From: Octopus vulgaris
Taxonomy: Eukaryota
DNA length: 64,000 nucleotides
Reading direction: 5' to 3'
Assembly (NCBI GenBank): GCA_951406725.2
Contig: OX597822.1
Location: forward strand, 39,928,001 to 39,992,000
Below are positions 39,395-52,821 of the stretch, in pieces (positions within the stretch are counted from its first letter, which is position 1; each line of letters starts with the position of its first letter). Made by a program: the position numbers and the translations under genes. The notes beneath the pieces were generated by a model. It did not search any database. It saw only the letters and a program-made list of their open reading frames with translations, and was not told where the DNA came from.

Positions 39395-40494
39395 ATAAAA
39401 AATGCAAAAATGGGACAAGAACGCCAAACATCCAAACAGTTAGGTGATACAAAAAAGGGTCAACAAAACACCCAGACAGAGGATACAAAGAAAACAAGAA
39501 CAGGTCATTTGGAGTTTTCTTTTCTCAGTCGAGTTCCAGATTATCTTTGCAATTTCGGCTGGTTATGTCTGTCTGCCTGTCTTTCTGTCTGTCTGTATGT
39601 ATGTATGTACAAGGTGTTTGGGCTAAATTTCACGATTTTTAATGTCTTCTTTAGTCAGGAACAGCTTGATGCATTGGTGAGCTGTCAACGGCGTTAGAGA
39701 GCATAAAGTTTAAAGTCATTGTTGAGAAAAAGTTAGCTGATATGGAAGTGTGGAAGTCACCTGGATATTGGAAAAGAGTTACCTGTATCATGATAATTCA
39801 CGCCAGTTGTCAAGATGTACATATCATGAAAATCAAGTTCTCAAAAACTTTGATAGTAAGTTGAAGAAATTTTTGTTTAAATCCCGTACGGTGATGGGTT
39901 TTATGTGTCATGATATTAATACAATACAATTATAAGGAAAGGAGCATGTTAGCACAAATTTCAGTTGTGATAGTGGAGATTCAGGACAACTATTATCGAA
40001 AAGAAGGAAAACAATGGAATTCTGAGGTTCTAATAACAAAAATATAACCTACTGGAAGAGCATAATGTAAACATCTGGTATATTATAAAGCTTCCGGCTT
40101 ATATTGAAATTTACAATAAGTTAATCAGTCTGGTATAATTACCTTATTATAATTTTCGGAATAAAACGATACCCCCGCAGAGGCATGCACGAAAACTCAG
40201 ATCCGCATTTGCCCATTTAATTTGTTTTTCAAACTCTAAATATAGCGAGACCGGGCTGTAGAGTGTCTAACAACTGTAACACAGAAAAATGAACGTGATT
40301 TAGATGGCAGTACTTGAAATTAACTTCTGTGGATGTGTGTTATGGGTAACCTGGAGAGAATTGACATGAGTTTCACATAAAAACACATCGGTCACGATTT
40401 ATCGAATCTATGTGCAAAGGCATTCCAGCGATTTTCCTTCTTATTTTTTATTGAGACGCAGTTATAATTTCATGCATAAGTTTGTGGGTTTGTA

Positions 40495-40612
40495 AGGGGT
40501 AGCGTAATTCTATGCTAAAACGTTTGCTTCCCAATCGTATGGTTCCAAGTTCACGCTCGTTGTGTTGCATTTTGTGAGTGAATTTGGTAAACAAAAAGTG
40601 AAAGAAGTCCGT

Positions 40613-40615
<3 letters not shown>
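40495..40615 (+). mobile_element. SINE family A degenerate head
   Basis: tttgcttcccaatcgtatggttcc...tgtgagtgaatttggtaaacaaaaagtgaaagaagtccgtc. Confidence 0.65.
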
Positions 40616-40653
<38 letters not shown>

Positions 40654-40678
40654 TAAACAAGGACGTTACGGTAATAGT

Positions 40679-40763
40679 GCATTACGGCCGTTTCAGGCGG
40701 CTCCATTTAATCGAACAATGCAAGCATTACATCAGTTTGAGGTACACCGCCTACTTCGGATGC
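40679..40763 (-). ncRNA. Hammerhead-like motif with long stem II, atypical core CCGAAGU
   Basis: GCAU-CCGAAGU-AGGCGG...CCGCCU-GAAACGGCCGUA-AUGC; perfectly palindromic helix III; related to 17194. Confidence 0.58.
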
Positions 40764-41275
40764 GTAAAACCATATTGGTTTTCAACATGCAGGATACTCC
40801 ATTATAATATTTTAGCAAATATTTTATCAGCCCTTGAGAATAAAAGAATTCTATGCTTGTTGCTATTATTGTAGCAACTATAATTTGGAGTGGCAGAAGA
40901 GAATAACAATGGGGATTATGCGATGGTGGTATAGTTACATTTATCTATCTCCTTATCACCATCAGAACATCTACTACGTCCACTAAGAATTAAAACCACT
41001 GTTAAGTTCTAGCGGCTGATAATAAATCTAATTAATGTCGGATACATTCCCAAACCTCGATTTTAAAATGGCTATAAATTCGCTATAACTACATAAAGAA
41101 ACAAATCTCAGAAATCAGTAAGATAGTGGTGTATGCCCAGAAAGATGGAGGATAGGATGAAGTAAACTATTTTAGTATTATCAGTTACATTACTTTTGAT
41201 CTTTTTTTTTAAAGTGAAACCAGTCGAGTCAATAAATATCTTTAAAAGACCTCTGCATATTTAAACTCTCTTCCC

Positions 41276-41306
<31 letters not shown>

Positions 41307-41307
<1 letters not shown>

Positions 41308-41724
41308 ATAGAAATATTAAAATTACTAAGTCTCTTTAAAAGAGATTACCACAGCGTTTCTGGAAATTAATAGTTATCGCCATACTAATATGGCATTCTT
41401 AAAAATAAGAATAAAGCTGTCGCTGATTAGCTCCATGAAGCCATCGCCTCAAGCTAGTTACTTGACACACAAACTGCGTCCGTTATTAAACCTTCGAACA
41501 GGGGAGGTCAGCCGCTTCAACCTGCTAGTCCGACAGCTACAGACATGTTTCAGGGTTGTTGCCCCTTATCAATGCAGCGTAGTCAGACCTGCAGGTGACG
41601 CTACTGACCGTCTCTGCTCGAAGATTTTACCTAGTTACGGTGGAATGCATTTAATAACTATTAATTTCCAGAAACGCTGTCGTAATCTCTTTTAAAGAGA
41701 CTTAGTAATTTTAATATTTCTATT
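41307..41724. mobile_element. ~420-bp cassette with ~69-bp terminal inverted repeats and an internal hammerhead
   Basis: aatagaaatattaaaattactaagtctctttaaaagagattac..cagcgtttctggaaattaatagttat is mirrored at about 41654-41724. Confidence 0.8.
41536..41578 (-). ncRNA. Minimal hammerhead with U3-A8 covariation and GUC site
   Basis: GCUGCA-UUGAUAA-GGGG(caacaa)CCCU-GAAACAUGUC-UGUAGC. Confidence 0.75.
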
Positions 41725-41996
41725 ATTGAAAACAAGTGGATGTGTGTATATATATCATAATTATAAAATGTAATTATGAATAACTAAAAAATGTAAATGT
41801 AAATACCATATTGTATTATATTTTACCATAATTAATTGTAGAGAAAAGTTACAACCCCTTCGCAAATCAGAATATTACACCAATATGTACCAGTATTTAG
41901 GAGGGTGAATAGGTATACAAAATACAACATTTAATGATATAATATAATATAATATAATATAATATAAAAGAATAAATACAGCAAAAACAAAATGAC

Positions 41997-42040
<44 letters not shown>

Positions 42041-42044
<4 letters not shown>

Positions 42045-42876
42045 CAACAATTGAGGGTAAAATTAATTAATTAATCAATTTCACCAAGTGTTCAGTATGT
42101 AAAAGGACCATTTAAGGCGAATTCAAAATATTACATTATATAATTAGGGCTTAGTAAAATAAATTACTTTGCCACATACTGAACTTAGTAGAAATAGCAG
42201 CCCCAAAACATTTTCTTAGCATTTCTACTACTTAAAGAAAATTTCTCTCAGATAATGCTTACTCTAGACAGCTCACGAAGGTTTGGGGGTAAATACAGAA
42301 AAATATCACAAGTACATAGATCGTTTGAGTACGTCAACGTTTCAAGATTAGCCAAATAAAATCAGCATTTCTTTCGTCAGCTCAAAATTTCTTAATTTGG
42401 ATTTGGAAACACTAAAAAGAAGGAACTTTACCTATCAGCGACTTGTCGTTCAGATGAACCACTCCAACTAACAGTGTCAACAAATTTAAAATGCGCAGGC
42501 GTAAAATTCTGCACTCCCCATTCCACCCACGTGGTCTATCTAGCAAACATTATATTTTAACCGCGAGAACCGAGGCAGTATGACCGAGAGATATGAATTA
42601 TAATATCAACAATTGAGGGTAAAATTAATTAATTAATCAATTTCACCAAGTGTTCAGTATGTAAAAGGACCATTTAAGGCGAATTCAAAATATTACATTA
42701 TATAATTAGGGCTTAGTAAAATAAATTACTTTGCCACATACTGAACTTAGTAGAAATAGCAGCCCAAAAAATGTTCTTAGCATTTCTACTACTTAAAGAA
42801 AATTTCTCTCAGATAATGCTTACTCTAGACAGCTCACGAAGGTTTGGGGGTAAATACAGAAAAATATCACAAGTAC
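42041..42876. repeat. Near-identical 275-bp direct repeats (42041-42315 and 42603-42876), period about 562 bp
   Basis: Base-by-base match with only a few differences. Confidence 0.95.
42324..42386 (-). ncRNA. Canonical-core type-I hammerhead
   Basis: UUUGAG-CUGACGA-AAGA...UCUU-GAAACG(uuga)CGUA-CUCAAA. Confidence 0.8.
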
Positions 42877-43053
42877 TTGACAACCGATGCTGGTGTGTTT
42901 ACGTCCCCGTCACTTAGCGGTTCGGCAAAGGAGACTGATAGAATAAGTACTGGGCTTACAAAGAATAAGTCCCGGGGCCGATTTGCTCGACTAAAGGCGG
43001 TGCTCCAGCATGGCTGCAGTCAAATGATTGAAACAAGTAAAAAGTAAAAGAAT
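42876..43053 (+). mobile_element. SINE family A, 3' half
   Basis: cttgacaaccgatgctggtgtgtttacgtcccc...gaaacaagtaaaaag. Confidence 0.88.
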
Positions 43054-43788
43054 ATATATATATATATATAATTTCAATAATGGATTTATAAAATTAAAAA
43101 ATAGACATAAGTTTAAAATATATTTTCCTTGCTGAAGCCAAAAGATACGTACTAGGTATTAGGAGAGATAAAGGATAACAAAATTAAGATAAAAATAAGA
43201 AATAAAAATAGTAAGAAAAAATAAAAACAAACAATAATAAGTAAATAAATCATAAGGATAGGTCGAGGTATTCCTAACAAAGTAAGTTAAGAAATAAATG
43301 AAGTAAGATGAGAATACCATTGGATGCAGTTTTACAAAATACGATATAATATTACAGGCACTGATGTATGTAGAATCATATAGTAATGATGTATGTAGAA
43401 TCATATAGTTCCTAGAGGGGATAGAGTATACCCAAATGAGGCTTACGGCCTGATAGGGAAGAAAGTTTTGGTATTGAAGGAAAAACAGTGTAATCACCGT
43501 ATATGTTGAATGCAGACAGAACTGGTAGAGGTTGTAAGAGGACGAAATCATATATAATATATAATTTAATACACTAGAGGGTACGTTATGAAAGATATGA
43601 CACCCCAGATAATTTCTACCATCAAATTCAAAGTAGGATGAGTATAATAGTATTTGTTTCCAAAATATTTAATTGTGCGGTTGATGCTATGCACACAGGA
43701 TACCCTAAGCTCTAATCTATTATTAATTAGGTTATTCTTGCCCACGGGCTACTAACCCCGAGATTCCGAGTTCGATTCCAGGCAGTGA

Positions 43789-43860
<72 letters not shown>

Positions 43861-43869
43861 TAATAATAA

Positions 43870-43900
<31 letters not shown>

Positions 43901-43905
43901 AAGAA

Positions 43906-44181
43906 GAAATTCAAAAGATAGTGCTCATGGGAACTGCTCATATCCTACGCAAAATACTTTCTATGTAACTTCAAGGTTTAAAACAAACATAATTTTCGGT
44001 TTAAAAAAAAAAATATTAAAAAAAATTTTTTTTTAGACATTCATTAGTACAACACCCCACCCAAAAAAAAATATATGGCACACTAGGCATAACAACAACA
44101 TGAACTTCAAACCTGTTGTCTCTTGAGGTCTCTGGGTGAGACCTGGAGCCAACTTGTACAAATATAAAGCAAAAGTCAAAC

Positions 44182-44183
<2 letters not shown>
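43906..44183 (+). mobile_element. R4/Dong LINE extreme 3' fragment
   Basis: EIQKIVLMGTAHILRKILSM* plus 3'UTR ending in (TAA)n. Confidence 0.8.
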
Positions 44184-44274
<91 letters not shown>

Positions 44275-44341
44275 TAATAATAATAACAACAACATCGAAA
44301 AATATCTTAGGAATGAGAACTCAGGTTCGAAATTCCCCCAA

Positions 44342-44387
44342 GACACCTGATGAAGGCTGGAGGCTATATCAGCCGAAACGTTGTGTC
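44342..44387 (+). ncRNA. Minimal type-I hammerhead
   Basis: GACAC-CUGAUGA-A-GGCUG(gaggcuauau)CAGCC-GAAAC-GUU-GUGUC. Confidence 0.75.
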
Positions 44388-44682
44388 AACAACAAACTAG
44401 ATGAGGACAAATATCCGTCAAATGTAAATAATGTACATGATTCCTCATCTCTTAAATATAGAACTGTATTATTCTTGTCTCTGTACTTAAAAATCTCATA
44501 AATTTCATAGAGCAAAGTTCGCAACCGTATCTGCTATGGTTGCGCTCTCCGTACTATATCCCATGTAAGGCTAAATCTAATCTTGCTTTCCTTAAATTCC
44601 CAGATCTTACAAAATAAAGAAGTATTGTTAGCTTTATGTCTAAGTCAAAAAGATGAAAGCGGGTTATTGAAGATGGTTATTC

Positions 44683-44768
<86 letters not shown>

Positions 44769-44769
44769 A

Positions 44770-44818
<49 letters not shown>

Positions 44819-44853
44819 GTAAGACGACTACGGTTTTAGAACAGTTACGATGC

Positions 44854-45006
44854 TACATATGTACTGAGAAGCTCTGTAATTGCCCGAAATCACCGGACGA
44901 GCGGTTCCTGTTGATGAGGTTACGGAGTTAGTTGAAATTGACCGATCAGTATAGAGAATTCTCGACCGGTACTTTCGGGCGATTAGTCCCTGTCAGTAGA
45001 TACGTA
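44854..45006. other. ~150-nt imperfect rod-like hairpin
   Basis: Nested pairings tactga/tcagta, taattgcccgaaa/tttcgggcgatta, accgg/ccggt, cgag/ctcg, tgttgat/atcagta, ggtta/tgacc. Confidence 0.7.
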
Positions 45007-45143
45007 TACAGTTATGTGCTTTAACTACAATATTAGAGCTTTTTAGCTCTTATTTCTAGCAATGTAGGTGTTCTAAAACCCTAGTTTTCCTTTTAGGTAA
45101 CACATTACATAAGGCTGTCTATATTAATTTTTTTTACATACAA

Positions 45144-45212
<69 letters not shown>

Positions 45213-45513
45213 AAAAAATACAAACTTGGACAAGAACGCAAAGCATTTAGAAGACGATACAAAAAACACGGACGGGACATTCGAAGCCTTCAATCTTCAG
45301 TCAAGAACCGGATCATGCTCGCAATTTCGGCTGATTAATCTTGAGATTGCTCCTATCTGGCAAGCCCCAAAGGAAAATCTAAGCCAAGCGCATTAGATTC
45401 CTTGGAAGAAAGCCTCGAATGTATACAAAACAAGGACGGAAAACCGGACGATGTTACACGAATATGAATACAAAAATACGTAAAAACAATAATGATAACA
45501 CGAATAAGAATAC

Positions 45514-45605
<92 letters not shown>

Positions 45606-45614
45606 TGTAAGCCC

Positions 45615-45772
45615 ATTGCTTGACAAACAGTTTTAGCTACTTTTTATGCACGCGTAACTTAGCGGTTCGGTATGAGGGACGGATAGAATAACTGAATAAG
45701 TCCTGGGGTCGAATCGCACGACCAAAAACCTTCAATGTGATGCCCTAGCGTGGCCTTGAAACAAGTAAACGA
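45615..45772 (+). mobile_element. SINE family A degenerate 3' half
   Basis: gtaacttagcggttcgg...gaataagtcctggggtcga. Confidence 0.7.
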
Positions 45773-45800
45773 GAAAACACACATCCTCACATACACACGC

Positions 45801-45854
<54 letters not shown>

Positions 45855-46539
45855 AGAAACATCGATTCTTTGCGTGCAGACAGGGTTGAGTCATTAAACA
45901 GCTTAATTTGTGATCAGCAGTTTGCTGGTTCGATCTCTCTGAGTGGCATCTTTGGCAAGTTTATTTTACTTCAGCACCAAGTCAACCGAAGACTTATGAA
46001 TAAAACTGGCCAAATACGACAACAAAGGGAAATGTGTCAGTCTTATTTTAACTTTATTTTGTAGGAAAAAAAACCTTATCATACCTACACACATTCACAC
46101 ACATACACACTGCACCTTGTTTGTTCTAGCTGAAGACTATTATAACGTTATGGGTATATGTGACTGCCACACGTACTAAGTTCTAAAACGTAAGCATTTC
46201 ACTTAATCAAACAACACTTGAACTCATCGTCGATAAAGAAGGAAGACCCGTTCAGTTTATTTGTTTTTATGTGTAAATATTCAATATAAATCCTCCCAGG
46301 AGTAAATTTGATGAATGTATTAGCAAAATAGCATAACAGCAAAACACACTGCAGGACATTCAAATCTATTAACTCAATATATATAAACATACATACAAAC
46401 ATGTATGCATCCATACATACATACACACATATATATGTGTGTGTATGAGTATGTGTGCGTGTAAGTATATAAGTATATGTATATATGTATATATATACGT
46501 ATCTGTATAAATATATATATATGTATATATATAACCTAC

Positions 46540-46768
<229 letters not shown>

Positions 46769-47149
46769 GATATGTACATATACTTTATAATCGAAAAGAA
46801 AAATCAATAACTGAAAAACTGAAAAAAGAAATACACAAAAAATCAACAATTATTTTCATATTAGACTGGAGGGCAATAAAAAACCAAGAAACATTACGTT
46901 ACAAATAGATACTACTTCTCCCTTGCAAACAGAGACTTCTACACACATAGAGGTATATATATATATATATAGCTAATAAATTGAGTTTTTTCTTATTAAG
47001 TAGATGAAAAATACATTTATAATAATGTTCTTGTAATATCAACATCAATAATATACATAATAAAAAAATGATCAAGTAAATATTGAATATGTAGTAATAA
47101 TAATAATGATGATAATAACAATAATGATAATAATAAAATTATGATGATG

Positions 47150-47188
<39 letters not shown>

Positions 47189-47382
47189 TTGATATTAATA
47201 CTAATAATGTTTGGAATAAAAATTCTGCGGCTATTAACCCATTTACATTTAATAGCGTGTTTATATTTTTTCTTATAAGTTTTCAGACTTTTATATAGAA
47301 GCACTTAAGATGCCAAAGAAGCAGAATTAGTCACACGCGCGCTCGCGAGTGCACACACGCATACACACACACACACACACAC

Positions 47383-47432
<50 letters not shown>

Positions 47433-48153
47433 CGCATATAAAAACACACACATATATACACATCCATGAGAGCGCGTACATATGTGTGTTTATGTATGTA
47501 CATGCACACATTCACACACACCTACACACGGGCACACACACACACACACCTATACACAAGCACATACATACATGCACATCCACCGGCGCGCACGTGCATA
47601 ATATACACATTGTATATACACATTGTATATTGATACGCGCATGCGTTTGTGTTAGTGCGCATGTCTATATTTGCTTATATGCGTATTTATGTATGAGCAT
47701 ATATGTGCATATGTGCATATGTGTGTATGTATATTTGTATGTGCGTGTGTGCGTGTGTGTGTGTGTGTGTGTGCTTATGTGTTTACAAGTTTCAATCGTC
47801 TTCCGGAGTCAAAATATCGTCATAGAAAAGCATTTCAAAATGGCGGATATCACAGGATAAATATATTCACATACATATACAATTACTTACATGTACACAT
47901 GCATACACATGCACAAAGACAGACGCACATACATACGTGCAGACCACTCAAATATCAAGTATACATTCATAGATGTATATCTATGTATAATGATCACATA
48001 CATACATACTTACATACATACATACATACATACATACATGCATAAATGCATACTTACATACATACATACGTACATAATGCATACATACATGCATACATAC
48101 ATATATACGTACATACATACATACATACATACATACATACATACATACATACA

Positions 48154-48189
<36 letters not shown>

Positions 48190-48569
48190 TATACAGACAA
48201 ATAAGATATTTACATGTTTATATATGTTTATGTTTATACAGGTGTGTGTATTTAACTTTTCCTTATTTCAGAATCATTGACAACCAATATCATTTTTATG
48301 CTGTCAATTATTTTAGGAATTTTAACAATTAAATAATTTAATTTGTTGTATAAAGATGAAATGATATTTCAGCATTTATCTCTGCATTCAGCATCCTGAA
48401 ATTATCTTCCCTTAGTTTCAAAATTTTTAAACTAGATGGAGTTTTCAGTTACACTTCAACTTCATTAAAAGGAATTTGGCCAAATTATCCCTATATATAT
48501 GTGACCTGGTGTGTACCGTTGGCGATTTTTTTTTCCTCTGTCTTCCCTTCTCTGGATCTTTCCTTCTAT

Positions 48570-48604
48570 GTTTCCGACGAAGAGCTCCGCTCGAAACGTT
48601 AAAC
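48570..48604 (+). ncRNA. Minimal hammerhead, identical to 16068-16102
   Basis: gtttccgacgaagagctccgctcgaaacgttaaac. Confidence 0.65.
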
Positions 48605-48697
48605 CCTCCTTCTTTCTTTCTTTCCTGATCGTCCAATAATACTATATTTGTTCCATGTCCTCGCGTTGTTGTATTTTTTGTGCTGTCATGTTTGGAT

Positions 48698-48747
<50 letters not shown>

Positions 48748-48788
48748 CACATACATTTATATATACACACACACACGCACACACACAA

Positions 48789-48848
<60 letters not shown>

Positions 48849-49389
48849 TTCCATATAAGCATATGTATGTGTATAACTGACGATGTGTGCGTGTATATGT
48901 GTGTAAACTCGCACAACTGATTTTTTCCAAACTGGGAATCCATTACTTATGATCCAGAGATAGTTTTAAACTCTTAAAAATTTTCACGTAATGAGTCATG
49001 GGGTACGTACGACTGCCTGCATGGTCCACGCGTTGCTTCTGTTCAAACTGGAAAAAACAACTACTGAAATGTTATAAGTAGGTTGTATTAAATGAATGTA
49101 TCGATGTAGGCTTCAAACTGCGTTGTCTAAGTGGTAGCAATAATAGCCTGTTCTCGTAGAACCACATATAGCAATCTGTTGGAATAAGAACTGTTTGGAA
49201 CACACTATGTTTATTATGAAAGATATGGTAAACTATGTTAAATCCTGAACAGCTATTCAACTGTTTTCTTTTAGCTTCAGTATCAAAGCCTTCCTTCTAA
49301 GAATAGACGAATCCCATACAAATATTCTTCTGCTGAAATATCGCATGTATATTAACTTACTAATTTATGGTGTCTAAGATCCAACCACG

Positions 49390-50138
49390 TTAGTTAGAGA
49401 CCGTCTACTTAATGTGACCTTGCGTGCAGAATTGTTTTCGTTTGAGAGCTTAATTGTCCTCACAATGGTTGCACGCTGTTTACACGAAGGCGTGCAAGGT
49501 TGAGCTACGACTATTGATTCCCAACAACGTCAGCAACACAAACGCCACGTGACACAAACGTCACGTGATCCAACCACTTTTTTTAGAGACCGTGTCCTTA
49601 ATGTTACCTTGCATACCCCGACGCTGCATGCAGAATTATTCTCGTTTCTGAGCTAAGTTGTCCTCACAATGGTCATACGTTGTTCACGCGAAAGAGTGCA
49701 CTGTTGAGCCACAACTATTGATTCCAAGCCAAAATATCGCATAACAATGTTGTTTTCAAGCGCTTCCTTGCCAATCTACCCGCTCCCTTATCACGCCATT
49801 TCTTTCATGTAGATTTCTCTCATGTGATGCTACTGAACGCGCCACCAAGCTTAAATTATCACATATATGTAGCTCCTATATCTGCTGGTTGTTTAGCGTG
49901 GTAGCAGCAGCGCCGACAGTCACACAGAAGAGTATATCCACTCAGAGCTTTTTGGTGCGTTCAAAAATTATATACTCCTCCACACACATTTCCATGACAA
50001 GATTAGGGCCTGGAATCTACTCCACAAATGTTTTATCGTCAATGCTGCTCTTCCCTATATCATATGTTTCAACCTAACGATATCATATATACAAACTATG
50101 CCATTTAAATCCCGAGCAACGCCAGGTATCTCTGCTAG
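49390..50138 (+). mobile_element. Non-autonomous Helitron-like element (5' boundary uncertain)
   Basis: 3' end cccgagcaacgccagg hairpin, 8 nt, CTAG|T; internal ~130-bp duplication (49396-49520 and 49584-49724). Confidence 0.6.
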
Positions 50139-50287
50139 TACATATATGTATATATAGGAGAAATACTGAGAAAAGTTTGATATTGTGTCGAAATTTTATA
50201 TAGATATATGTTTTTTGTTTAATGGAAATAAACTCACCAATTTAATATAAGGGGAAAATAATTTTTTTTGTATTTATACGTACAGAA

Positions 50288-50370
<83 letters not shown>

Positions 50371-50631
50371 CATACATATGTGTATATATATATATATAAA
50401 CATATATATATGCATATATATGAATATATATGTATATATACATATACATATATTTATATATGTATATATATGTATGCATATATATATATATATGTATACG
50501 CACATACATATATATATATACATTTATATATGCATACATATATATATACATACATATATACATAGATATATACATATATAGATAGATAGAGAGAGAGGTA
50601 GATAGATAGATAAATAGATAGACAGACAGAC

Positions 50632-50896
<265 letters not shown>

Positions 50897-52417
50897 TTCA
50901 CACACTAAAAAAACTCATTATCTGTTCAAGACATTTTGCTAAACGCTTTTAAGATAACAGATACATAAGTATGTACGTGTATATGTCAGAAAATAAAGAT
51001 TAAAAATATTCAAGCAAAAACATCACTAAGCTATCTGTGTATAAAACTCGTCTAAAGGGATGTCCAATCAAGATTATTGTAATCTGCATATGTTGTTAAT
51101 TCTGCGTGACAGGTGCAAACTGTAAATATGAGGTTTATTAACAATTAGTGATTTTGGTGTCATAAACACTGATTATATTGGTAATGAAATATTAAATGAA
51201 GAATTATATTCATATGACATTTTTTCGCTTACACTTGTTTCAAATGATCCGCCGAACTGTAGCTATTATATATTATGGATTGCAAGCTTACTCGATTCAT
51301 TGATTGATCGATTAATCAAACAATCTATGGAAGAGTTATCTCTCGAGCCATTCTAAGAGCAGTTGTAGTACTTATTATATTTTACAGCAAGATATGCTCA
51401 ATCGTATTTAGTGGAGGAGGTTAGCAGAAGTTTGACATCAGATTTTCTCACATTATTTCTTACCCTAAAGTGAGTTCATTGTGGGAGTTAGTTCTGCTAT
51501 CAGATGCTGGCGAAAGAATGTCTGTGGGAAAATGATAATAATAGTGTCTACTTAATGTCTAAATTAATTCATATTTAAATGTTTAAAGTCATTTAAGTGC
51601 AAAGCAATAAACAGTAGCCAGTAGAATATACTGCAATAACGTTGCCTGTTTACATTACTTGGGAATTTCAAATTTGCAATCATAAAATTCCATTACATAA
51701 AATAGATTCGAAAAAAGAAATTAAATTAGCAACGTTATCTAGAAATCCATTAAATGAATATAAACGGAAGCAAGGATAAACTATATTACTTTCGGCGTGG
51801 ATATTAAACACCATGAATAGAAATTGGGATGAATTTCAAAATAGTGAGAAAAAAAATTCATATAAGCTAATTAAGGAGAAAAACACAAATGAGGAAGGGG
51901 AATCATTAAAATATGATCCAAGAATCGAATAAATTAATTCTAATTCTGGTTAGTTGGGAAATTTTTTGTAAAATTCTTGGTTGTTGATAAGAAGAGATAT
52001 AATTAGTCGTAACATAACAAAGGCAATAAATTTATTTGTACTAGGATAAGCTAACAATTTTGGATCTTTATTTGGAAATGCCACGAATGTTCTTCTGTGA
52101 AATTGTGAAATGCGAATCAGAAGATCATTATGTTTATTAATTAAATTGGAATTACGTTCGATAAGTTACATCACTTACTCCTGGCGTAAATTACACGAAA
52201 AATCCTTTCCATTGTGTGATAGAGTACTCTCTATTATAGATCAAACGATAGATTATTTAACATTATTCTCCTTGAGGTTCCATATGAGTTTCCTCCATGA
52301 CGTAACATTTTCTTTTTTATATATATTTAAAGGAATGGTGATTTGGAAATCTGGATTTGAACTTTATAGCTGAAGTGCCTGTGTGACAATAAGCTTTTTC
52401 AGAACATTTATAAATAA

Positions 52418-52821
52418 CTAGCGGGAACCGTGAATATTTCACGGAATTAATGGTAAACTTAGGCTATTTCCGAAAACATTATCAAAAAGACCTGAAAGCG
52501 TAGCCTGTGTAGTGTCTGTATGGAAAGCTAGTCACTCATCTGCAACACATTGAAAAGTGAAAGAAATTAGAATACAATGATTACTTAATGCACTTTATAT
52601 ATACACTTTATATACTTTATGCACAATTTTATAGACGTAATAAACAGCACTCATAAAATAAATATTCACTCTTATTTTTCCATTTTTCCCATAAACAACA
52701 GGAAAAATATATCCCGTACATATGATACGACTTTTAGTTAAATTGCATATATCTGACACGTAAATAATCGTGAATATTTCACGGAATTGCACTTATGCGT
52801 ATGTGTTAAGTGGTAAGTGAT
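52418..52821 (-). mobile_element. Non-autonomous Helitron-like element
   Basis: Minus-strand end CCGTGAA(ata)TTCACGG-ttcccg-CTAG|T; the same palindrome recurs at 52769-52784. Confidence 0.6.

Larger units (their letters stand above)
43745..44467 (+). mobile_element. tRNA-like head, (TAA)n and hammerhead cassette, interrupted by a Dong/R4 fragment
   Basis: cgggctactaaccccg anticodon-like arm and gagttcgattcc B-box at 43745-43785; the 3' part 44286-44435 matches 7436-7583. Confidence 0.6.

Noticed and set aside
39608-39640. tacaaggtgtttggg as a Tc1-type TIR
   Set aside because: No partner TIR or transposase motif found
41190-41247. Fourth copy of the UUGACAA hammerhead family
   Set aside because: Core partly deleted (ttttgatcttttt); homologous relic, not counted as a ribozyme
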